From Flavobacteriales bacterium (GTDB lineage: Bacteria; Bacteroidota; Bacteroidia; Flavobacteriales_D; Sanyastnellaceae): a stretch of DNA of 64,000 nucleotides. This document shows, one piece after another, positions 44,180 through 52,828 of this stretch. The notes under the pieces are model-generated. The model was given only the letters and a program-made list of their open reading frames with translations. It had not been told where the DNA came from and searched no databases. Location of the stretch: the NCBI GenBank assembly GCA_022428205.1, contig JAKMCW010000068.1, positions 473-64,472 on the forward strand, written 5' to 3'. The position numbers and the translations under genes were made by a program. Numbering within the stretch: the first letter of the stretch is position 1; every line of letters begins with the position of its first letter.

Positions 44180-47131
44180 TCAAGGACACAGTCCACCGAA
44201 TGCCGAAAGCATGGCCAACACATCCGATGCTCCCACCAACCCGTCGCCATCAACATCTTCAGGGCAAGCCGGATCGGCAATGCAGAGCTCAAGGATGGCA
44301 TCCCAGACTGTGCCGGGACCACAGAATTGCGAACCATCTACATCGGGGCCGCCATTATTGGTGCTGCAAACATCACATTCACCAAAACACACCACAGGGA
44401 GGGCATTCAATCCCGCCGATGTGGTCAGAGCCCGGTTGTAGCCGCCCAGCCCATTGTCCATTCCGCATTCAGCCGGCACGTCTTCCGCCAGCGCCCATTC
44501 CGGACCGGCCAAAAACTTGTATTCCAAGGTATCATTTGCCGGCACATTGACCTGCAAAGTCCACAGTCCGTCACCGGCATCAGACATCAAGGTTGCCGCG
44601 ACATCCCAACCTTGGAAGCTCCCTGCGACAAAGACAGAAGTCGGGGCAGGATCCACATTGGAAACGTCCACTTGGAACACCAATGGATACACACAGCTGC
44701 CGTCGTTCACATTGGCCGTGCCGTCATAGTTCACTGCTTCTGCATCCATACAACCGGGGTAATCCAAATTGGAAACACACGCTGCACAACCACCAAAACA
44801 CACATAATTGTCTGCTGAACCAGCCCCGGTGACGAGCACTTCTCTGTTGTAGCCTCCAAAACCATCGCCAGCACCGCATCCAGCGGGCACCGTTTCTGCC
44901 CCATCCCAAGTATTCCCGTTGATAAACTTGAATTGCAGCAAGCTGCCCACTGCCGCCAAGATGGTGACTTCCCAACGGTCATCCCCCATATCGACCAAAG
45001 CAGTCCCACTCGGGTCCCAACCTTGAAAGGAGCCTGCCACATGATAGCCTGATGCAGAGCCAAGGCCCGCGGCCTCCAAGTCGGTCGCGTCCAAAGCCAA
45101 GGAGACTTCATAAATGCAATCGGCTTCCTCACCAAAGTTCACAGCGGCAGCGTCATTGCAAACGGATTCCAAAGGCAAGGGTGCTGTCGGTGACACTGGA
45201 ACGACGGGCGTGTCCATCCACAGATGGTACTGACCTGGCGCGAAATAAAAGGCAGCACCCAAGTCCGTGACCTCATGGGTATCACCGGTCAGGGCGTCAG
45301 TCCAGGTTCCAAGGTGGGGGAATCCCGGCACCATGCTCAAACCCACCACATCGAAATTGCCACACAGCACCGCATTCTGACCGGGCGAATACAGGTGCAG
45401 TCGCTTGCCCATACCGCCGAAGTCGATGTTGTAATCGTACGTGCCAAAAACAGGCTCCTCCCGCTTCAGGTCACAGACATTCTTGATTTTGCGGGCCAAG
45501 CCCTGCCGCTCGGCAACCAACGCACGATCCTGCCAAGGCTCAGGTTTCTCATCCAATTTGCACGACTCTGTATACGTGCCATTTCCGCAATCGAATATGG
45601 ATACATCATATCCAAATTCGCCCCATTGGTACATCATTTTCGGACCGGGCATCGCCATCAAAAAGGCGTGCCCCATGGCCAAACGGTCCATAGCGGTGCC
45701 CAGCGCTTTGGCATCGTAGCCGTCAAATGCATTGCCATAGAGCAAGAGGTCATGGGCGACCCGCTGTTCATCGTGACTCTCCATGTAGGCGACCAAGTTG
45801 GGCCAATTCCACCCCCTCGCCTGCCACGAAGCCCAAGAGAAGTCTCCACCATATCCAAGGATGGCCTCGGCAAATGAAGAAGTCGATTTGCCCCACAGCA
45901 TAAACCCTCCGTTGGCCAATGCCGTCTCCTCGGCATTGTCTCCGAGGTGCTCCAAAATGAGGTATGCCCCTGGATGCTGCGCCCAAATGTGTTGGGCATA
46001 GTCAAACAGGATGTCCACCCTGCTCTGATCGTAGACATTCCAAGCCCCCACATTGCCCAGCGTATTGCTTTGGGTGAGGCCTTTGGAAAGGTCAAAACGG
46101 TAACCATCAATGTGGAATTCATCCATCCAATGGTCCATCACACGCTTCCAGAATTCACGGGTCCAAGGATCACCGTGATCGAAATCAAATCCGAGGCCAT
46201 ACGGGTGAATCTGGTCCTCGTTGAACCAAGGATTACCCGAAGACACGCCACCATCGCTGTCCTGGTACATCCGCACCAGGGGGTCCAGTCCAAAACTGTG
46301 GTTGGGCACAATGTCGAGGATCACTGCGATGCCCCTTTCATGGGCAGCATCGACCAATTGTTTGAGCGCTGTCGCTGTTCCGTAGGCCTTGTCCACTGCA
46401 AAGCGCGGCCCCGGGTTGTAGCCCCAACTGGTATTGCCATCAAACTCGCTGACGGGCATCAATTCGATGGCGTTGATTCCCAACCATTCCAGGTAATCCA
46501 AGCGTGACAAGACATTCCCGAAATCGCGCTCAGCGTCCCAGTCTCGCACCAACAGTTCATAGATGACCAAACGGTCTTGGGGGTCACGTTGGAATTCCGC
46601 ATCCGTCCACACGAATTCAGGTTCCACCGTGCGGAAAGCGGCCACCGGCCAAGCAGCATACTCCCACGGAAAACCAGGGCATGCTGGAAAAGTCTCCGCA
46701 GGGACATAGCCATCGTTCCAAGGGTCCAGAATGACCGGCGCATAGGGATCCGCAACCTCAACCGTATCGTCTATCAAGTAGTGAAACCGTGTCCAAGCGC
46801 CAGGCGTCAAGCCTTCCAGTTCCATCCACCACGTATTCCCATCCACCGACCGGTTCATCAAAAAATCTGAAGAGATCGACCAATCGTTGAAGTCGCCGCG
46901 CAAGTGGACATGGTCCTTTGCAGGCGCCCGGAGTTGGAAGTGCGCTCGGTCTGGAGACAACACCGTAATACCGTCTACCCTACCTGCTGGAGCGTCCAGG
47001 ATCAACCCCTGGGCCGCCACCTCCAAACCCAAGCTCAAAAGAGCCACAAACAGCACCACAAAACCGTGTATACGCGGGTAATGGTGCCGTTGAAGCACAG
47101 CAATTTCACAATAAGGGGTCCAAAGCCTCAT
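44180..47131 (-). CDS. GH13 alpha-amylase-family glycoside hydrolase with N-terminal CBM48-like module, two C-terminal CBM-like modules and dockerin-like tail
   Basis: GH13 regions VILDIVPNHS, GYRFDLSKG, LILEHLGDN, YMESHDEQR. N-terminal FQLRAPAKDHVHLRGDFNDWS. Ends in CPEDVDGDGLVGASDVLAMLSAFGGLCP. Start set to ATG 47131 because the longer ORF would overlap lpdA. Confidence 0.9.
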   Translation of the reverse strand: MRLWTPYCEIAVLQRHHYPRIHGFVVLFVALLSLGLEVAAQGLILDAPAGRVDGITVLSPDRAHFQLRAPAKDHVHLRGDFNDWSISSDFLMNRSVDGNTWWMELEGLTPGAWTRFHYLIDDTVEVADPYAPVILDPWNDGYVPAETFPACPGFPWEYAAWPVAAFRTVEPEFVWTDAEFQRDPQDRLVIYELLVRDWDAERDFGNVLSRLDYLEWLGINAIELMPVSEFDGNTSWGYNPGPRFAVDKAYGTATALKQLVDAAHERGIAVILDIVPNHSFGLDPLVRMYQDSDGGVSSGNPWFNEDQIHPYGLGFDFDHGDPWTREFWKRVMDHWMDEFHIDGYRFDLSKGLTQSNTLGNVGAWNVYDQSRVDILFDYAQHIWAQHPGAYLILEHLGDNAEETALANGGFMLWGKSTSSFAEAILGYGGDFSWASWQARGWNWPNLVAYMESHDEQRVAHDLLLYGNAFDGYDAKALGTAMDRLAMGHAFLMAMPGPKMMYQWGEFGYDVSIFDCGNGTYTESCKLDEKPEPWQDRALVAERQGLARKIKNVCDLKREEPVFGTYDYNIDFGGMGKRLHLYSPGQNAVLCGNFDVVGLSMVPGFPHLGTWTDALTGDTHEVTDLGAAFYFAPGQYHLWMDTPVVPVSPTAPLPLESVCNDAAAVNFGEEADCIYEVSLALDATDLEAAGLGSASGYHVAGSFQGWDPSGTALVDMGDDRWEVTILAAVGSLLQFKFINGNTWDGAETVPAGCGAGDGFGGYNREVLVTGAGSADNYVCFGGCAACVSNLDYPGCMDAEAVNYDGTANVNDGSCVYPLVFQVDVSNVDPAPTSVFVAGSFQGWDVAATLMSDAGDGLWTLQVNVPANDTLEYKFLAGPEWALAEDVPAECGMDNGLGGYNRALTTSAGLNALPVVCFGECDVCSTNNGGPDVDGSQFCGPGTVWDAILELCIADPACPEDVDGDGLVGASDVLAMLSAFGGLCP
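44183..44272 (-). other. Cys-bracketed dockerin-like C-terminal tail (single repeat)
   Basis: PACPEDVDGDGLVGASDVLAMLSAFGGLCP-stop. Confidence 0.7.
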
Positions 47132-47171
47132 AGACCGTAAGATACGACCCCTATTTTCGCATTTGAAACGA

Positions 47172-48566
47172 ATGGAAATGAAGTACGACATCGTAGTACT
47201 CGGAAGCGGCCCCGGTGGATATGTCACCGCCATCCGCGCCTCCCAACTTGGCTTAAAAACAGCCGTGATTGAAAGGGAAGCCCTCGGTGGCATTTGTCTG
47301 AACTGGGGATGCATTCCCACAAAAGCCCTGCTCAAGAGCGCCAACGTTTTTGAGTACATCGAACACGCTGAAGACTACGGCATTAAAGTCGCCAAGCCCA
47401 AAGTCAACTTCGACGGCATGGTCAACCGCTCCAGGGGCGTAGCCGACGGAATGTCCAAAGGCGTCCAGTTCTTGATGAAGAAGAACAAGATTGACGTCAT
47501 CATGGGCAATGGCAAACTGATGCCCGGCCGCAAGGTGGAAGTCACCTCTGAAGATGGAAGCCAACAGGTCGTCGAGGCCAACCACATCATCATCGCCACA
47601 GGAGCGCGAAGCCGAGTGCTTCCCAACCTCCCACAAGACGGCGAGAAGATCATCGGTTACCGAGAGGCCATGACCCTCAAGAAGCAACCCAAGAAGCTTG
47701 TGGTGGTCGGCTCAGGCGCCATTGGCGTGGAGTTTGCCTACTTCTACAACGCCATTGGCACGGAAGTGACCGTGGTGGAGTATCTGCCCAACATTGTCCC
47801 CGTCGAAGACGAGGAAGTGTCCAAGCAATTGGCACGCAGCTTCAAAAAGGCGGGCATCAAAATCATGACCTCTAGCGAGGTCACCAGCGTGGACACTTCC
47901 GGTTCAGGCGCCAAGGTCACCGTCAAGACCGCGAAAGGAGAAGAAGTCATTAATGCCGATGTGGTGCTCTCCGCAGTCGGTGTTGTATCCAACATCGAAG
48001 GCATAGGCCTTGAAGAAGTCGGAATTGCCACTGACCGCGGCAAATTGATTGTCGATGACTTCTACAACACCAATATTCCCGGGTATTGTGCCATCGGTGA
48101 TTGCGTGCCAGGGCCCGCTTTGGCGCATGTCGCCAGTGCAGAAGGCATCCTCTGCGTAGAAAAGATTGCCGGTCACGATGTAGAACCCATCGATTACGGC
48201 AACATCCCAGGCTGCACCTATTGCTTCCCAGAGGTGGCCAGCGTCGGCAAAACCGAGAAAGCCTGCAAAGAGGAAGGCATCGACATCAAAGTCGGCAAAT
48301 TCCCCTTCAGTGCAAGTGGCAAGGCCAGTGCCGCAGGACATAAGGACGGATTCGTGAAGCTCATCTTTGATGCCAAGTATGGTGAGCTCTTGGGCGCGCA
48401 CATGATTGGAGCCAATGTCACCGAAATGATCGCTGAGATTGTCGCCATCCGTAAACTGGAGACCACCGGGCACGAAATCATCAAGACAATCCATCCTCAC
48501 CCCACACTCAGTGAGGCCGTGATGGAAGCTGCAGCAGCGGCCTACGACGAGGTCATCCACCTGTGA
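47172..48566 (+). CDS. lpdA: dihydrolipoyl dehydrogenase
   Basis: YDIVVLGSGPGGY (FAD site), GGICLNWGCIPTK (redox disulfide), C-terminal HPHPTLSE. ATGs at 47172 and 47178; the track start at 47163 is TTG. Confidence 0.95.
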   Translation: MEMKYDIVVLGSGPGGYVTAIRASQLGLKTAVIEREALGGICLNWGCIPTKALLKSANVFEYIEHAEDYGIKVAKPKVNFDGMVNRSRGVADGMSKGVQFLMKKNKIDVIMGNGKLMPGRKVEVTSEDGSQQVVEANHIIIATGARSRVLPNLPQDGEKIIGYREAMTLKKQPKKLVVVGSGAIGVEFAYFYNAIGTEVTVVEYLPNIVPVEDEEVSKQLARSFKKAGIKIMTSSEVTSVDTSGSGAKVTVKTAKGEEVINADVVLSAVGVVSNIEGIGLEEVGIATDRGKLIVDDFYNTNIPGYCAIGDCVPGPALAHVASAEGILCVEKIAGHDVEPIDYGNIPGCTYCFPEVASVGKTEKACKEEGIDIKVGKFPFSASGKASAAGHKDGFVKLIFDAKYGELLGAHMIGANVTEMIAEIVAIRKLETTGHEIIKTIHPHPTLSEAVMEAAAAAYDEVIHL

Positions 48567-48593
48567 GCTGAACACACCAAACAATGCAACATG

Positions 48594-48619
48594 AAAAAGG
48601 CGCCTGAGGCGCCTTTTTT
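48594..48619. terminator. bidirectional terminator between lpdA and the convergent small membrane-protein gene
   Basis: AAAAAGGCGCC-TGA-GGCGCCTTTTTT. Confidence 0.8.
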
Positions 48620-48641
48620 ATTGGTTTGGTTCAGAGGGACA

Positions 48642-49004
48642 TTAAATCCCTTCGACGTTTAAAGGCTGTAATCGAGGTTCCTTGCCATGCAAAGGACGAA
48701 TCTCTGTCTCCTTCTTTGGCAATGTCGACCTGCGGTTGGATTTCCGGTACTTCCGTTCGCGGCGCTCAGCATATTCTGCAATGCGATCCATGTGCACCAA
48801 AAAGCGCACTGCGCTCCCAAAAAACAGCAGTCCTACGAGACCAGCCATAAAACCAAGGCCGATTTCAGCCATCCACAACTCGACAACGGGCTCTGTGACC
48901 CTGCGGTAAGTTCCATCCGAAATCAAGGCTGTCCCCAACAAAAGGAAGGCAATTCCGACCACCCCATGAAAGGTCAACTGTTTCCTAGCTCTCTGCAAAT
49001 CCAT
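48642..49004 (-). CDS. hypothetical small membrane protein
   Basis: Two hydrophobic helices (GVVGIAFLLLGTALI, IGLGFMAGLVGLLFFGSAV) and a basic C-terminal tail. First ATG is at 49004 (the track start is TTG). Confidence 0.4.
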   Translation of the reverse strand: MDLQRARKQLTFHGVVGIAFLLLGTALISDGTYRRVTEPVVELWMAEIGLGFMAGLVGLLFFGSAVRFLVHMDRIAEYAERRERKYRKSNRRSTLPKKETEIRPLHGKEPRLQPLNVEGI

Positions 49005-49104
49005 CTGTACAAACTTCGTGTCAGGCAATTCTTGGAGCCCTCAAAGTACCTCGACAAGACGGCAGAAAACCGTAAGAAAAGTCTGTTGTTCTGTAGGTTA
49101 TCAA

Positions 49105-49998
49105 CTACAGTTTCAAGAGTTGTGAAGCCAATGGAGCACCATTCTCGCCAAAGAGAACGATGAGGCCTCGACCATGGCTGACAAACTGTCCGTTGTCCAC
49201 CCGCCCTGATTCAAGTGACCGGCCTGCGGCATCGTACCGGATCCAAGAGTGGACTTCAACATCCACCAAATGAACATGCCGCCCTTCCTCCAAGGGAATC
49301 ACCCCCCAGCTTGGGCCTTGCGGCGTCTCATCAGGCGCAATCGAAGACAACCCTCCCGCATCGAATTCTGGAACCACAATGCTGTAGACATCGTCCATGA
49401 AGTCATCCGAAGAAACCCCCTCTGAAAACACTTGCAGATTGAGGTATCCCGAAATCACACCGTCCGTTGTGAACTGACCGACCAGCACCTTTAAGTCTTC
49501 ACCAGCCGTTCCGTTTGAACTGCCAAGGGTTACAAACCAAGCGCCGTCTACATCCATCACAAGGTTTTCACCGGCCTCGAAAGCATTGACCCAAAACTCA
49601 GTCTGGGGTGGAAACAAACCCACCGGGATTTCACCAGCAACCCCATTTGGCGCCGACTCAATACCTATGGTCACCCATGAGTCCCAGCGCAAGCCAGGAA
49701 GCAAGTCAAACAACAAGGGGTTGTTGTTGTTGGGCGTCGCCCAGCCATCAGGGTGCTGATAAAATGAGGTCGTAGTGAAGACAGCACCCACCATGTCGTC
49801 CCACCCCGAAATGGAGGTCAAGTAATCCGTGGGGTTGACCAATTTGGCATACAGCCTGGCCGTGGTCATGCCCGGGATACTGTCCACTGCCACCACTTCC
49901 CATTCCAAAGAATAAGGAGCGGCAGAAGACTGAGATTGGACCTTATTCAAGGCCATCATACAACACATCAAGGGCAGAATGCGGAACAGCGTTTTCAT
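49105..49998 (-). CDS. small secreted protein: domain X followed by a degenerate T9SS-CTD-like tail
   Basis: Signal MKTLFRILPLMCCMMALNKVQSQ. Domain X motifs TTARLY...TTTSFYQ...WDSWVTIG...KVLVGQFTTDGVISGYLNLQVF. Confidence 0.7.
   Translation of the reverse strand: MKTLFRILPLMCCMMALNKVQSQSSAAPYSLEWEVVAVDSIPGMTTARLYAKLVNPTDYLTSISGWDDMVGAVFTTTSFYQHPDGWATPNNNNPLLFDLLPGLRWDSWVTIGIESAPNGVAGEIPVGLFPPQTEFWVNAFEAGENLVMDVDGAWFVTLGSSNGTAGEDLKVLVGQFTTDGVISGYLNLQVFSEGVSSDDFMDDVYSIVVPEFDAGGLSSIAPDETPQGPSWGVIPLEEGRHVHLVDVEVHSWIRYDAAGRSLESGRVDNGQFVSHGRGLIVLFGENGAPLASQLLKL
49363..49914 (-). other. domain X copy 4
   Basis: TTARLYAKLVNPTDYLTSISG...TTTSFYQ...WDSWVTIG...DGAWFVTLGSSNGTAGEDLKVLVGQFTTDGVISGYLNLQVF. 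Confidence 0.7.
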
Positions 49999-50053
49999 GG
50001 AGTGGCAAACCAAAGGCACAACTTCAAAACCAAGGAGCGAATGCCCTTAAATG

Positions 50054-50458
50054 TCAAGGATCAGGGGTGTCAACCACAACAAGTCCATCCATCCTTACTT
50101 CTTCGAACAGGTCGTCATATCCTGTCACCCGCCCTTTGACGCGCAACAGGGTGCCTGCTTCCAGCAGAGGATGCGGCCGGGTCGTGTCCCAGGAAGCCAC
50201 CACACCGCCCTCAAAAGACGCCCTTTTGCCATCGTCAGCGTCCACGACGGCGTAGAGTTCCACGACACTATTGAGGTAGGGCGCTGCCACAGAATCACCC
50301 TGCGACAACATGCTGACCAATTCGCTTGGCACCATTCGAAAGGCCGGCGCTTCACCGCCGACGTCTCGGTGTGGCCGCTCCATCATCAGCCAACCGACAC
50401 CCGCCATCAAGCCCCCCACCACGGGAAGGACCACTCGCCAAATTTTCCTGTTCTGCAT
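50054..50458 (-). CDS. membrane-anchored OB-fold protein (tRNA_anti-like family, recalled)
   Basis: N-terminal TM helix, then ...VVELYAVVDAD...LLRVKGRVTGYDDLFEEVRMDGLVVV, the KG..TGYDDL..EV pattern I associate with this Bacteroidota family. Confidence 0.55.
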   Translation of the reverse strand: MQNRKIWRVVLPVVGGLMAGVGWLMMERPHRDVGGEAPAFRMVPSELVSMLSQGDSVAAPYLNSVVELYAVVDADDGKRASFEGGVVASWDTTRPHPLLEAGTLLRVKGRVTGYDDLFEEVRMDGLVVVDTPDP

Positions 50459-50484
50459 GCTTCGAATCTATTCCAAAAAAAAGA

Positions 50485-50512
50485 CGGCCCGGTACGCGTT
50501 CGTACCGGGCCG
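50485..50512 (-). terminator. rho-independent terminator after the beta-barrel gene (end of the 52657..50656 three-gene unit)
   Basis: CGGCCCGGTAC-GCGTTC-GTACCGGGCCG. On the minus strand it is followed by an 8-nt T-run (A-run at 50475-50482). Confidence 0.75.
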
Positions 50513-50655
50513 CCAAACCAAAACCTGTCTTGTAATGCGCTAAGCGCACTGCCAATGTTCAATAATGAATGTGGGCAGACCGAAGCCCCTTCAGACTGAC
50601 CACCGTCAGTCCACGCGATGACATTTGTCACCTGTATGACGGGGCATCTTGAAAA

Positions 50656-51378
50656 TCAGAGGCCTAAGCCCACGGTCAGGCCAAACCTCCAACCAGGACC
50701 ACTGTCACTGTTTAGAAATGTGGACCAGCGAGAAGGATTGAAGAGCCTGTCCTCCAAGCTGTCATCTACCAACTCTCTTTCCTCCGCCGACAACTCTCCT
50801 TCATGGGTCCAGCTGCGGGAATAACTCCGAAACATCGGGCCTGTATACACCTCGATGCTGATGCCATTGTCAGAATACCATTGGTAACCAACCAACACGC
50901 CTCCTCCCCAATGGAATTGACTGAAAGTGCCGTCGAGTTCTCCCTGGTATTGGGATTGAGACAAGCCGCTCAGGTCATCGACATCTTCATCGAACTCGAG
51001 GTTCCATTGCTCCAACCGCCCCATGATGCTCACGAAGACCCCTTCAGGCATGCCGCCGTACACCCATGCGTAACGGCGCAACTCAGGGGTGATCCGCCAC
51101 CCCGTATGGTTGACCTCCACGTCCGTCCACGAGTCCATGCCCGCGAAATTGTTGTAGTAGTAACGGCCATAGTCCTCTGAAGCTCCGATCCCCGCGAGGG
51201 AAAACTGCACCGAAGTCGATTCATTCAAGACGTACTCATATCCCAATTCGTAACGCGCGAAATACCAATCGCTCAGGTTCAATTTCACGAGGTTGCGGGT
51301 TTCAATGTCCTCGCTGACCTGCGCTGTGCCGGAAGTCAGCGCCAAAACGCCGACCAAAAACAAAATAACCGCCCTCAC
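50656..51378 (-). CDS. putative outer-membrane beta-barrel protein
   Basis: A GTG at 51378 overlaps the TGA of the upstream gene and gives (M)RAVILFLVGVLALTSGTAQ, a signal peptide. Alternating-strand, aromatic-rich sequence. No family recognised. Confidence 0.45.
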   Translation of the reverse strand: MRAVILFLVGVLALTSGTAQVSEDIETRNLVKLNLSDWYFARYELGYEYVLNESTSVQFSLAGIGASEDYGRYYYNNFAGMDSWTDVEVNHTGWRITPELRRYAWVYGGMPEGVFVSIMGRLEQWNLEFDEDVDDLSGLSQSQYQGELDGTFSQFHWGGGVLVGYQWYSDNGISIEVYTGPMFRSYSRSWTHEGELSAEERELVDDSLEDRLFNPSRWSTFLNSDSGPGWRFGLTVGLGL

Positions 51379-51863
51379 TGACAATCCTGCATTGTGTAGG
51401 TGACCCCAGCAATGAGCCAACGGCCTTGATCGCTCTTGATCAGCTGAAAGGCGTCGTGCCCACAATGGCTCAACTCCTCTCCAATTCTGAATTCATATGC
51501 CGTCCATACGCTGGCCATGGCATCTGAATACTGAACAACCGGGTTGTCTATGCTTTCAATCAATGGTGGCCCCTTGTAGGCCAATTCATCCAGCCATTCG
51601 GCTGAAGGCGTCAACTTCATTGTCACTGAGTCTCCCCTCAAGTCAATGCTGGTCAGCATGGCATCCGGGTGCAGCACACGCTGCAGTCGAAACTTCTCAC
51701 GCGCTTGGAGGGCCTGCAAGAAGTCCTGCACCGAAGTCAGGACAAGCTGGGTTTCCTCATTGTGGGCAGCATCTTGCTGTCCTCCCTCTCCACACCCCGC
51801 AAAACCCAGGGTAGACAACGCCACACAGGCCATCAAAATCTTTCGCAACATCATTGCATCCAT
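51375..51863 (-). CDS. NTF2-like (SnoaL/DUF4440-like) lipoprotein
   Basis: MLRKILMACVALSTLGFAGC lipobox (alternative ATG at 51851). C-terminal ...WTAYEFRIGEELSHCGHDAFQLIKSDQGRWLIAG resembles NTF2-fold proteins. Confidence 0.5.
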   Translation of the reverse strand: MDAMMLRKILMACVALSTLGFAGCGEGGQQDAAHNEETQLVLTSVQDFLQALQAREKFRLQRVLHPDAMLTSIDLRGDSVTMKLTPSAEWLDELAYKGPPLIESIDNPVVQYSDAMASVWTAYEFRIGEELSHCGHDAFQLIKSDQGRWLIAGVTYTMQDCQ

Positions 51864-52657
51864 GTTTTGCGTGAAAATACAACCCCTGATTCGGTCACAG
51901 TATGGGCGATAACCAGCCCTTTGTGTGCACAGTGTATACGGTGTTGACCCGTCCCAAGGCTCCCTTCATAAAGCATCCGTCCATCCATACTGAGGAGGGT
52001 GGTCGAGTGGGCTTCAAAACAATCCACAGTCAACTGACCCGTGGCCGTTTGCATCAAAGTGAAGCGCTCATCAGCGAGGGCTTCCACTCCCGTCGTGCCT
52101 TCCGTGAATACAAACTGCGCGGCCTCGGGACTGTCACCGGAAGACACGCCGTTTCCATTGGCCGTCACTGAGGCGACGTACACACTGACCGGACCACTGC
52201 CCGCCTCAGGCGCCACCCATTCGATCTCAAAAGTGCCCGAAGCGCACAGGTCATTTTGCTCGAAAATGTGGCGTCCTTCCACCACATCCAACCAAATACA
52301 ATCGTTGGGGTCCTGGTCATTGAAACTGCCCGCATTTGACCCATCGGCAAGAACTGCTGTTCCGTGCACACCATAACCCGATGGAGCACCCGTCGATGTC
52401 ACATTGACCACAAGCGTATGGGTTCCCCCAGGAATGTATTCACCCGACAATGCGATATCGCCTTCCACCACCATAAAGGCATCCAATTGGGGCGCAAAAC
52501 TTCCACCTGCATGACATTGCCCACAAGTATTGTCGCTCCCAGGAGCGCCAGTGCGGTCTTTGTTTTGCTGGTGTGCCACACCATTAGAATTAGAGAGAAA
52601 GGTGATGGCAAACACCCCCAGCATCAAGGCAGAAAGAAGACGGAATTTGTATGGCAT
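51851..52657 (-). CDS. secreted protein with TGAPG-x5-CGQCH motif and degenerate T9SS-CTD-like tail
   Basis: Start at ATG 52657: MPYKFRLLSALMLGVFAITFLSNS signal; DRTGAPGSDNTCGQCHAGG (CxxCH at 52511-52525). Beta-rich C-terminal ~70 aa. Confidence 0.6.
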   Translation of the reverse strand: MPYKFRLLSALMLGVFAITFLSNSNGVAHQQNKDRTGAPGSDNTCGQCHAGGSFAPQLDAFMVVEGDIALSGEYIPGGTHTLVVNVTSTGAPSGYGVHGTAVLADGSNAGSFNDQDPNDCIWLDVVEGRHIFEQNDLCASGTFEIEWVAPEAGSGPVSVYVASVTANGNGVSSGDSPEAAQFVFTEGTTGVEALADERFTLMQTATGQLTVDCFEAHSTTLLSMDGRMLYEGSLGTGQHRIHCAHKGLVIAHTVTESGVVFSRKTWMQ

Positions 52658-52828
52658 GTTATTGAACTCGTGTTGCAAACTAAACCATCCATTTTGGACC
52701 ACGGTTGCAGGAAAGTGACACACATCATAAAAGTCATTGACAAACGTCATTGGCATGGATAGATGCTTCCCCCATTTTCAGGGGGCTTCTCCGATTCACA
52801 CCACCACTTACACCGAATTGCCATCACC

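Noticed and set aside
47132-47359. N-terminal extension of the GH13 ORF (MYSKTLALLSRAF...)
   Set aside because: It would overlap the lpdA coding start on the other strand and precedes the signal-peptide-like segment. The internal ATG at 47131 gives a plausible secreted N-terminus.
50594-50630. Small hairpin GACTGAC-CACC-GTCAGTC and palindrome TGACAttTGTCA downstream of the beta-barrel gene, considered as an ncRNA or operator
   Set aside because: Both are too short to distinguish from chance. They lie between a stop codon and the real terminator, and I have no comparative support. Noted only.
52511-52525. CGQCH taken as proof of a c-type cytochrome
   Set aside because: A single CxxCH in a beta-rich secreted protein is not sufficient. 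I recall the surrounding TGAPG...C..CH context in non-cytochrome T9SS proteins. It is kept only as a testable hypothesis in the findings.
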